Assembly (NCBI GenBank): GCA_900544105.1
Contig: UQUC01000026.1
Span: 1 to 24,000, forward strand
DNA from: an uncultured Oscillibacter sp.
Lineage (GTDB): Bacteria; Bacillota; Clostridia; Oscillospirales; Oscillospiraceae
Reading direction: 5' to 3'
Length of the DNA: 24,000 bases
Notes under the pieces: model-generated
Databases searched by the model: none
Seen by the model: the letters and a program-made list of their open reading frames with translations, nothing else
Told to the model about the DNA's origin: nothing
Made by a program: the position numbers and the translations under genes
In this document: piece after piece, positions 7,496-14,543 of the stretch
Layout: the number at the start of each line of letters is the position of its first letter
Position numbering within the stretch: position 1 is the first letter of the stretch

Positions 7496-7948
7496 ATGCC
7501 AGATAGTACAAAGCCAAATGTGACCCATCTCGGATATATCCAATCAACTATTACAAGAATGGGGCAAAACGCATTTCAAGCAAAAGCGTGGTGCATCACC
7601 ATCATCACCGCACTCCTCGTTTTTTATTTGGAAAAGGCATCTAATGCCTCAAAATACGCAACTATCTATATTGCACTCGGAGTGGTTGCGCTGTTCTGCG
7701 CTCTTGATACATATTATCTTTACCTTGAGCGCGGCTACCGTAAGCTCTACAGAGTCGCAGCAAAACTGGAAGTAGAATCCGAGCCGCTTCCCGATTTTGA
7801 AATGCAAATCCCCCAAAATGCGCGTGGTATTGTGCAATATGGTAAGGCGTTTCTTTCGGTATCTACAGGCCTGTTCTATGGCGTAATCATGCTTTTGCTA
7901 ATCATCTTGTGGCTGTGTACTAATGCTGCAGATACACCTTCCGTGTAA
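7496..7948 (+). CDS. Small 3-TM membrane protein (150 aa), candidate membrane effector
   Basis: ATG 7496 lies 8 nt after GAAGGAG and 1 nt after the previous stop. Hydrophobic helices are AWCITIITALLVFYL, YATIYIALGVVALFCALDTYYLYL and LFYGVIMLLLIILWLC. No enzymatic motif is visible. Confidence 0.7.
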   Translation: MPDSTKPNVTHLGYIQSTITRMGQNAFQAKAWCITIITALLVFYLEKASNASKYATIYIALGVVALFCALDTYYLYLERGYRKLYRVAAKLEVESEPLPDFEMQIPQNARGIVQYGKAFLSVSTGLFYGVIMLLLIILWLCTNAADTPSV

Positions 7949-7966
7949 GAGAAAGGAGGATGCTTT

Positions 7967-8554
7967 ATGGCGTCTAAGGTTTTTGTGTCCTATAAGTTTG
8001 CGGACAATAATGTGGCGTATTTATACTCACCACTTTATTCCCCCTATTCATATACCAGCACAACCGCACGTTCATATGTGGATGATTTTAAGCGCCGAGC
8101 CGAAAATGAAGGGTGCATAGTTTATAAGGGTGAGAGGGCGGATGAGGATTTGTCTTATCTCAGTGATGATACGATTTGGCAAAAGCTGAGAGACCGGATT
8201 TATGACAGCACCGTTACCGTAGTATTTATTTCTCCTAATATGCGGGAAAAATACCGGAGTGAACGCGACCAATGGATTCCTTGGGAAATTGCTTTTTCCC
8301 TGCGTGAAACTACGAGGAACGACAGAACAAGTCACTCGAATGCGTTGATATTCGTTATTCTGCCGGACAGAAACAATAGTTATGACTACTATTCCACAAT
8401 GAGGCATTTCAATATTGTTGCCAGCAATATTCGGAATGGTTATGCCGAGGTTGCCTATTGGAGTAACTTTGTAACAGATATACAAGGGCATATTAGTAGA
8501 GCTCTTTTACGGAAGCAGATAGTCTCGCCGAATGAGGTAGTAAAGACAGTGTAA
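7967..8554 (+). CDS. TIR-like domain protein (DUF1863 / ThsB-like), 195 aa
   Basis: It opens with [12 protein letters not shown], the TIR beta-A pattern 'hFhSY'. It also has [10 protein letters not shown]...[15 protein letters not shown], matching the 'S.W(I/V).WEI' motif typical of MTH538/DUF1863 TIR-like proteins. AAGGAGG sits upstream of the ATG. Confidence 0.7.
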   Translation: MASKVFVSYKFADNNVAYLYSPLYSPYSYTSTTARSYVDDFKRRAENEGCIVYKGERADEDLSYLSDDTIWQKLRDRIYDSTVTVVFISPNMREKYRSERDQWIPWEIAFSLRETTRNDRTSHSNALIFVILPDRNNSYDYYSTMRHFNIVASNIRNGYAEVAYWSNFVTDIQGHISRALLRKQIVSPNEVVKTV

Positions 8555-8560
8555 GGAGGT

Positions 8561-8580
8561 GCCCGATAATGCCCGATAAT
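8561..8580 (+). repeat. Perfect 10-bp tandem duplication (GCCCGATAAT x2) spanning the hsdR start codon
   Basis: Read directly: GCCCGATAAT GCCCGATAAT G. The hsdR ATG (8569-8571) is formed across the junction of the two copies. Confidence 0.9.
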
Positions 8581-11500
8581 GAAAAGCAATTTGAACAGGA
8601 TATTGAGACCTTTCTGATTTCCCCTGCCGGTGGCTGGCAGAAGGCCTCAGACGCCGGCTACCGTGCGCCGGAAAGCGCGGGTATGGCGCTGGATATCCGC
8701 ACCCTGACGACCTTCGTAAAAGCCACACAGCCCGTGGCGTGGCAGCGGCTGGAGAAGCAGAGCGACGGCAACTCTGAAATGAAATTCTACAAGGCGTTCG
8801 AAAATGCCGTGGAGAATGACGGCCTTATTTCTGTGCTGCGGCACGGCTTTAAGCACCGTGGCATCGACTTCCACGTCTGCTACTTCAAGCCGGAGTCCAC
8901 GCTGAACGATGTGTCGTTGCAGCACTATCAGCAGAATATCTGCCAGTGTATCCGCCAGTGGCACTACTCGGAAAGCTGCGGCAACAGTGTGGACATGATG
9001 CTGGCGGTCAACGGTATCCCTGTTATCGCCATCGAACTGAAGAACCAGCTTACGGGGCAGAACATCGACAACGGCAAAAACCAGTGGATGTTCTACCGCG
9101 ACCCCAAGGAGCCGGTCTTCCGCCTGAACCACCGCATTTTGGCGTTTTTCGCGGTGGACCTGTACGAAGCCGCCATGACTACAAAACTGGATGGTGCCAA
9201 GACCTTTTTCCTGCCCTTCAATCAGGGCAGCAACGGCCCCGGACAGAACGGAGGCGCAGGCAATCCGACCAACGCAGACGGCGATTATGTGACATCTTAT
9301 CTTTGGAAAGAGGTGCTTCAGAAGGATAGTCTGCTGGACATTTTGCAGAAGTTCATCAGCTTCCAAGTGAAGAAGGAGAAGATTCGGCTGAAGGACGGCT
9401 CCGAAAAGGAAATCCTCAAGAAGTCCGTTATTTTCCCGCGTTATCATCAGATGGATGTTGTCCGAAAGCTGGTGGGTGATGTGCGGCAGAACGGCTCCGG
9501 CCACAACTACCTCGTACAGCACAGTGCCGGCTCCGGCAAGTCCAACTCTATCGCTTGGACGGCCTACCGGCTGGCAAGTCTTCACGATGCGGACAACAAG
9601 CCCATTTTCAGCTCCGTGGTCATTGTGACAGACCGCACCGTGCTGGACGCCCAGCTTCAAGAAACGATTTCCGGCTTTGACCATACGCTCGGCTCCGTTG
9701 TGACCATCGGCGAGAAGATGAACTCCCGCGACCTGCGGGATGCGCTCAACGCCGGCAAGCGTATCATTGTGACCACGCTGCAGAAGTTCCCCGTTATCTA
9801 TGAGGAAGTGGACGATACAAAGGGTAAGGCGTTTGCGGTCATCGTGGACGAGGCCCACAGCAGCCAAACGGGGCACAGTGCCATGAAGCTGAAAATGGCA
9901 CTGGCGGATACCCATGACGCGCTGAAGGAATATGCCGATATCGAGGGCAAGGCGGAGGACGAGATGGAGGACACCGAGGACAGCCTTGTGCGGGAGCTTA
10001 TCACCCACGGCAAGCACAAGAATCTGAGTTTCTTTGCCTTCACCGCCACGCCGAAGAAAAAGACGCTGGAGATGTTCGGCGAGGAACACGCAGACGGCAC
10101 ATTCCATCCATTCCATATCTACTCCATGCGACAGGCCATAGAGGAGGGCTTTATCCTCAATGTGCTGGAGAACTACACCACCTATAAAACCTGCTTCCAA
10201 ATCGCCAAGAATACGCCGGACAACCCCGAAGTGCCTACCATCAAGGCAATCAAGACCATTCGGCGCTTCGAAGAACTGCATCCTCATAACTTGCAGCAGA
10301 AAGCGGCCATCATCGTAGAGACCTTCCGTGATGTGACAAAGCGCAAAATCGGTGGCAGGGGCAAAATGATGGTGGTCACGGCGTCCCGCTTGGCGGCGGT
10401 GCGTTACTACCATGAAATCAAAGCGTATTTAGATGCCAACCACTATGATGATGTAGAAATCCTTATCGCATTCTCCGGAAGCATCCGCGACCCCGAAGAG
10501 AAAAGCGGCCACGAATACACCGAAAGCGGCATGAACATGGACCGTGACGGTAATCACATCTCCGAGAGCCAAACCAAGCAGGTGTTCCACGACGAGGGCG
10601 ATGTGCTTATCGTAGCGGAAAAATATCAGACCGGCTTTGACGAGCCGCTGCTGCACACGATGATTGTGGATAAGAAACTGCGGGATGTGAAGGCCGTGCA
10701 GACTCTGAGCCGCCTGAACCGTACATACCTCGGCAAGGAGGACACCTATATCCTCGATTTCGTGAACACCAAGGAGGAAATCCTCAAGGCGTTCCAGCCG
10801 TATTATCAGGAGACAAGTCTGTCCGAGGAAATCAATATTGACCTTATCTACAAGGCGCAGAAGCAGCTCCGCGACTTCCGCGTGTATAATAACGACGATG
10901 TGGAAGCTGTTAGCAAGATTTATTTTTCGCCGGAAGCCAAGAAGGTGCAGACCACACAGGCAAAAATCTCCAATGCGCTGCTGCCCATCGCACGAGCCTA
11001 CAATCAGTTAAGCAAGGACGACAAATACCAGTTCAGGCGCACCATCCGTTCCTTTGTGAAGTGGTATAACTACATCTCCCAGATTGTGCGGATGTTTGAT
11101 AAGGCACTCCACAAGGAATATCTGTTCTGTTCCTATTTGGCACGTCTGCTGCCGGCAGAAACGGCTGCTCCGTGGGACTTGGAGAACCGCGTAAAGCTGG
11201 AGTATTACCGGCTGGAAAAGACCTTTGAGGGAGCCATAGAGTTGGAGGACAAGGATGTTCCGCTGGAACCTGAGCGGACAAAGAAGGCAGTCAATATGAA
11301 CACCAAGAAAGACCCGCTGGAAACGGTTATCGAGGCCATCAACGAGGTGTATAAGGGTTCCTTTACAGAAGCAGACCGCGTCCTCATTGGTACGCTGCGT
11401 GAAAAGTTGCTGGCAGACAAGAAACTCCGAAAAGCCGCAAAATCCGATGGACAACAGATTTTCGAGAAAAATGTGTTCCCCAAGGTGTTCAACGACACCG

Positions 11501-11646
11501 CGCAGGCATCCTATATCGAAAGCACGGAAACCTACACCAAACTCTTTGAAGATGGTGCCAAGTACCGCGCAATTATGACGGCACTGGCACAGGAACTATA
11601 CCGCGAAATGCGGAACGAGCGGGAGGATGACCATGCCAAGGGCTAA
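8569..11646 (+). CDS. hsdR: Type I restriction endonuclease subunit R (1025 aa)
   Basis: The N-terminal PD-(D/E)xK-like nuclease region is ...[20 protein letters not shown]. Helicase motif I is [14 protein letters not shown] and motif II is [12 protein letters not shown] (DEAH). The later motif [17 protein letters not shown] is present. AAGGAGG lies 9 nt upstream. Confidence 0.9.
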   Translation: MPDNEKQFEQDIETFLISPAGGWQKASDAGYRAPESAGMALDIRTLTTFVKATQPVAWQRLEKQSDGNSEMKFYKAFENAVENDGLISVLRHGFKHRGIDFHVCYFKPESTLNDVSLQHYQQNICQCIRQWHYSESCGNSVDMMLAVNGIPVIAIELKNQLTGQNIDNGKNQWMFYRDPKEPVFRLNHRILAFFAVDLYEAAMTTKLDGAKTFFLPFNQGSNGPGQNGGAGNPTNADGDYVTSYLWKEVLQKDSLLDILQKFISFQVKKEKIRLKDGSEKEILKKSVIFPRYHQMDVVRKLVGDVRQNGSGHNYLVQHSAGSGKSNSIAWTAYRLASLHDADNKPIFSSVVIVTDRTVLDAQLQETISGFDHTLGSVVTIGEKMNSRDLRDALNAGKRIIVTTLQKFPVIYEEVDDTKGKAFAVIVDEAHSSQTGHSAMKLKMALADTHDALKEYADIEGKAEDEMEDTEDSLVRELITHGKHKNLSFFAFTATPKKKTLEMFGEEHADGTFHPFHIYSMRQAIEEGFILNVLENYTTYKTCFQIAKNTPDNPEVPTIKAIKTIRRFEELHPHNLQQKAAIIVETFRDVTKRKIGGRGKMMVVTASRLAAVRYYHEIKAYLDANHYDDVEILIAFSGSIRDPEEKSGHEYTESGMNMDRDGNHISESQTKQVFHDEGDVLIVAEKYQTGFDEPLLHTMIVDKKLRDVKAVQTLSRLNRTYLGKEDTYILDFVNTKEEILKAFQPYYQETSLSEEINIDLIYKAQKQLRDFRVYNNDDVEAVSKIYFSPEAKKVQTTQAKISNALLPIARAYNQLSKDDKYQFRRTIRSFVKWYNYISQIVRMFDKALHKEYLFCSYLARLLPAETAAPWDLENRVKLEYYRLEKTFEGAIELEDKDVPLEPERTKKAVNMNTKKDPLETVIEAINEVYKGSFTEADRVLIGTLREKLLADKKLRKAAKSDGQQIFEKNVFPKVFNDTAQASYIESTETYTKLFEDGAKYRAIMTALAQELYREMRNEREDDHAKG

Positions 11647-11800
11647 AAAAGATGGACAGCATCTGAACTGCTACATTGACCGCGTCCTCCGCGAAAGGTT
11701 GGAGGACTACGCCGAAGAGAAAGGACAGACGCTGACCATGGCTGTTGAGCGGCTTCTGACGAAAGCCCTCGATGCCGAAGAAAAGAAAGAGGACAACTAA
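11633..11800 (+). CDS. Small ribbon-helix-helix (CopG/Arc-like) protein, 55 aa (below the ORF-track cut-off)
   Basis: Hand translation gives [55 protein letters not shown]. It overlaps the hsdR 3' end by 14 nt. The strand-helix-helix pattern is LNCYID / [13 protein letters not shown] / [15 protein letters not shown] strong terminator follows. Confidence 0.55.
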   Translation: MPRAKKDGQHLNCYIDRVLRERLEDYAEEKGQTLTMAVERLLTKALDAEEKKEDN

Positions 11801-11806
11801 AAAAAG

Positions 11807-11839
11807 AATCTGGCGTCCAAACAGGATGCCAGATTTTTT
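11807..11839 (+). terminator. Rho-independent terminator ending the hsd operon
   Basis: AATCTGGCGTCC-aaaca-GGATGCCAGATT forms a 12-bp stem with one G-U pair, followed by TTTTTT. Confidence 0.8.
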
Positions 11840-11866
11840 CGTACTTTTTGTTCACTCGGAGGAAAA

Positions 11867-12002
11867 CCCACACAAAAATTGGAAGAAGTCGCTCACCCGA
11901 AATTGGGGGTAAAAACTGAAATCCCACAGAAAAGTTGGAAGGAATCGCTCGGTCGAAATGAGGGTTGAAAAGAAAAATCCCACACAAAAGTTGGAATAAC
12001 CC
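11867..12002 (+). repeat. Three direct repeats with an exact 56-bp period; the last (truncated) copy is the right terminal inverted repeat (IR-R)
   Basis: Units start at 11867, 11923 and 11979 with CCCACA(C/G)AAAA(A/G)TTGGAA.... Units 1 and 2 are 42/56 identical by hand alignment. Unit 3 (11979-12002) is the inverted partner of 1-24. Confidence 0.8.
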
Positions 12003-12016
12003 GGAGCTGACCTCTA

Positions 12017-12044
12017 TTGACATAGATATTAATGAGGATATCAC
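12017..12044 (+). promoter_or_regulatory. Candidate promoter for the downstream six-gene operon
   Basis: A perfect TTGACA (12017-12022) - 16 nt - TATCAC (12039-12044) lies immediately outside IR-R. The -10 element is weak. Confidence 0.3.
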
Positions 12045-12114
12045 AAAGGAAATTGCCTCCGGCATATGGACGGAGGTTTATGACGACTGCGCCAGCGGAC
12101 GGATCTATCTGAAT

Positions 12115-12366
12115 ATGTGGGAAATCTGGGAAGGGATCAATCTGGTTGGCTTCCCCAAGGGCGCACCGAATCCCCGCCGGGTGGAGGACCCGCTGAAATG
12201 GATCCTCTGGCGGCTGGGAAGGATCGGCCCCTATTTTCAGGCGGATCCTCAGCCGAAAAAGGCGCTGCTGGAGTCTGCAAGGAAATATCAGGGGCGGCTT
12301 GACGACTGGATGAACGAACAAAGGTGCAAACAAGAGCGGTTTTATAACGGGGAGGATCTCCAATGA
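12115..12366 (+). CDS. Hypothetical small protein (83 aa from first ATG), possibly the 3' remnant of a longer gene
   Basis: The track ORF 11965-12366 begins at a TTG inside the 56-bp repeats, which is implausible. The first in-frame ATG is 12115. The stop overlaps the next start (ATGA at 12363-12366). Confidence 0.4.
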   Translation: MWEIWEGINLVGFPKGAPNPRRVEDPLKWILWRLGRIGPYFQADPQPKKALLESARKYQGRLDDWMNEQRCKQERFYNGEDLQ

Positions 12367-14543
12367 AAATGGAGCAGGCATGCCGGTTCCGGACGGATGA
12401 AGCCGGATATATGGTCTGCGCCAGATCCCAGGGTCTGACGGCGGATAATGAAAACAACCTCGGCTATTTCAACAGTACCATGACGTCCTTGTTTGAAAAG
12501 GACGGATCCGGCCCGAGAATGGGTCAGTCTATCCTCAGCTACGCTGTCAGCGAGGAGAACGGCGGCAGGCGGCTGGAGGAGGACCCGTTTGTTGCGGAGC
12601 TTTTCCGGTATCTGGCATCTGCCGCCCCGGAGGAGCGCCGCCAGATGCTGCTGGATATGCAGTATATTTTGGGGGAGCTGGTGCCGCTGGAGTATGCGTC
12701 ACTGGAGATGATCGCCACCGCATATCACATGCGGAAGATGAACGATGGAAACCGGCCGGAAAATGACGTGTATGACCGCGTGGTGGGGAATCTGCTGCTT
12801 TGCGGCAGGGTTCCGTCGGCAAACCAGGAGACGGTGAACAAGCTCCTGATCTGGATGCTGAAAAGGCAGAACGCTGCGCTGCCCAAGCGGATTATGGAGC
12901 TGTCTGTGGACCGCTGCGTCAAACAGGTGCAGGCGGATGCGGCAGGCGGGCGGGAGCTCTGCGACTGTGTTTGCCGTCTTTTGCAGTACAGCAGAAGCGC
13001 TGAGCAGCTGGAGCTGCTGCAGAAAACGGTGAAAACCTTCGATGTGCGCTATGCCGGGCTTGTGCATGCCCTGCTGCGCGGCATCTTTTCGGACCGGGCA
13101 TGCAGCATTGACCCGCAGACGGCGTGCAGTCTGATCCCGGAGATGCTGCGCTCCGGCGATGAAATGCTGACCGGGGATTGCGTGGAGCTGACCACCTGCC
13201 TGGATGCAGGGCAGTGCCGGCAGCTGGCAGAGAGCATTCTGCGGCATGTGGGGCTCCGCCAGATGACGCTGATGGAGCAGAACGTTCTGGCCAATATCCT
13301 GGACGAGCTGAGCCGGTCCGGCGGTGTGCTGGGAAAAGAGAGCTGTGAGATCCTGGACCGCAATTCCTGCGTTTATAACGGCAGACTGCTGGATGCCTGC
13401 GTGGGCTATATGGTGCAGGTGCGGCTGCGGCAGGAGCTTCCCGTGGAGGAGCGCTGCGCGCTGCTGGCCGGGCTGGAACGGGAGTATCCGGCCCTGTATG
13501 ATGACGTTGCGGCTGCGCTGAAGAGCGGCGGCAGCATCCTGTGGAAGAAATATCAGATTCACAAGCATCTGCAGAATTGCAGATGCTATGAGGACATTGT
13601 GGCTGCGCGCCGGAGCTATCAGGGGGCGTCCCCCATGGACGATTTTGAACAGGAGTGTGTTGCTCTTTGGATGCAGCTCCTGCGCAGGGATGTCTATCAG
13701 GGGATGCCGCTGAAAAACCTGGTGCCGCAGATGGGACGCGCAGTCGATGCGCTGCCCAGAGGCGTATTCTCGCTGGAGGCCGCTCATGAGCTGCAGCGGC
13801 GGCAGCGGGCCTATTTCTGGAGCTGCATGACCTATCGCACAATGATGGACTATGTGTTGGACGGCGCGCCCAGCAGCAATGTGCAGGCGCTGCTTCAGAC
13901 CCGGGACAGCGGAGCGGATGGCAATAAGCTGCACTTTCTGGATGCCGTGTGGCAGCTGTACCGGGATCCGAGCCGGACTGAGCCGATGACAGAGCTGGTG
14001 CTGGACGGACACCTGCCTGCCAGGGACAGGGAGGAGATCTGCAATCAGCTGCTGCCGCTGGCGGCAAAGCTGAAAGCTGCCTCCAACCAGGCAATTTTCG
14101 CATGGGATCTGATGCTTCTGTCCTGCAGCCGGGTGGAAGCCGGACGGGTCGTTTATGACTGCGGCAGTCTGATTAAGAAAATTGAGGGGATTCCGGCGCT
14201 GAAAATGGGAGTTTCCGGCAGCCAGTCTCTCCAGCTGGAGCATTCCGTCATACTGCGGGACGAGAAGGTGCGCAGCGACCTGCGCAAGGCCGCCGGCCGC
14301 GGCGACAGTCTGCTCAGTGAGCAGCTGGAAAAGACGCTGAAGGCGTGGGGAAAGGCGCGCAGGCCCGACAATGGCCACGGGAAAAGACTGAGCTCTGATC
14401 CGCCGGCCGCGGAAAAGAAGGGGTTATTCTCTATTTTCGACCGCAGCGACAGAGGCGGGCGGACGGAGAAGTCGGACCGGGGCTTTATTTTTGACGACTA
14501 CGACGGCGACTCGGGAAAAAGAGGAAGGAATAGGAGAAGATGA
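12363..14543 (+). CDS. Large uncharacterised, probably all-alpha protein (726 aa) with a charged, low-complexity C-terminal tail
   Basis: GGGGAGG lies 9 nt upstream and G/C third-position bias is strong. The composition is rich in L/A/R/E/C. I see no Walker A or other enzymatic motif. The tail is ...DRSDRGGRTEKSDRGFIFDDYDGDSGKRGRNRRR. Confidence 0.75.
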   Translation: MKMEQACRFRTDEAGYMVCARSQGLTADNENNLGYFNSTMTSLFEKDGSGPRMGQSILSYAVSEENGGRRLEEDPFVAELFRYLASAAPEERRQMLLDMQYILGELVPLEYASLEMIATAYHMRKMNDGNRPENDVYDRVVGNLLLCGRVPSANQETVNKLLIWMLKRQNAALPKRIMELSVDRCVKQVQADAAGGRELCDCVCRLLQYSRSAEQLELLQKTVKTFDVRYAGLVHALLRGIFSDRACSIDPQTACSLIPEMLRSGDEMLTGDCVELTTCLDAGQCRQLAESILRHVGLRQMTLMEQNVLANILDELSRSGGVLGKESCEILDRNSCVYNGRLLDACVGYMVQVRLRQELPVEERCALLAGLEREYPALYDDVAAALKSGGSILWKKYQIHKHLQNCRCYEDIVAARRSYQGASPMDDFEQECVALWMQLLRRDVYQGMPLKNLVPQMGRAVDALPRGVFSLEAAHELQRRQRAYFWSCMTYRTMMDYVLDGAPSSNVQALLQTRDSGADGNKLHFLDAVWQLYRDPSRTEPMTELVLDGHLPARDREEICNQLLPLAAKLKAASNQAIFAWDLMLLSCSRVEAGRVVYDCGSLIKKIEGIPALKMGVSGSQSLQLEHSVILRDEKVRSDLRKAAGRGDSLLSEQLEKTLKAWGKARRPDNGHGKRLSSDPPAAEKKGLFSIFDRSDRGGRTEKSDRGFIFDDYDGDSGKRGRNRRR

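Larger units (their letters stand above)
1..12002. mobile_element. Putative ISL3-family unit transposon (or other IR-bounded element) carrying a Type I R-M operon plus embedded genes as cargo
   Basis: It has 24-bp terminal IRs (23/24 match) starting GGG(G/T)TAT. The only recombinase inside is an ISL3 DDE transposase. Base composition is mosaic. There is a sharp change to a GC-rich operon at 12003. The left flank is outside the window, so no target-site duplication can be checked. Confidence 0.5.

Noticed and set aside
11867-12002. Regularly spaced 56-bp repeats, considered as a possible CRISPR array.
   Set aside because: There are only three units, which are directly abutting with no unique spacers and only ~75% identical. 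No cas genes are present, and the last unit is the inverted partner of positions 1-24. Transposon-end or iteron-type repeats fit better.
11965-12114. N-terminal extension of the small ORF starting at TTG 11965, and minus-strand ORFs 11643-12065 and 11893-12381.
   Set aside because: These would initiate or run inside the 56-bp repeats and IR, lack SDs and have odd composition. The openness of the + frame is instead noted as possible evidence for a gene truncated by insertion.
12699-14378. Antisense or off-frame ORFs across the orphan operon: 12699-14378 (-) of 559 aa and 12919-14103 (-) of 394 aa. Others are 14498-15388 (-), 15425-15922 (-), 15716-16579 (+), 16480-17136 (-) and 17185-18216 (-).
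   Set aside because: They have Pro/Arg/Ala/Gly-rich, repetitive translations typical of wrong-frame reading of GC-rich DNA. They lack SD sequences. The + strand frames chosen have SDs, start/stop coupling and G/C third-position bias.
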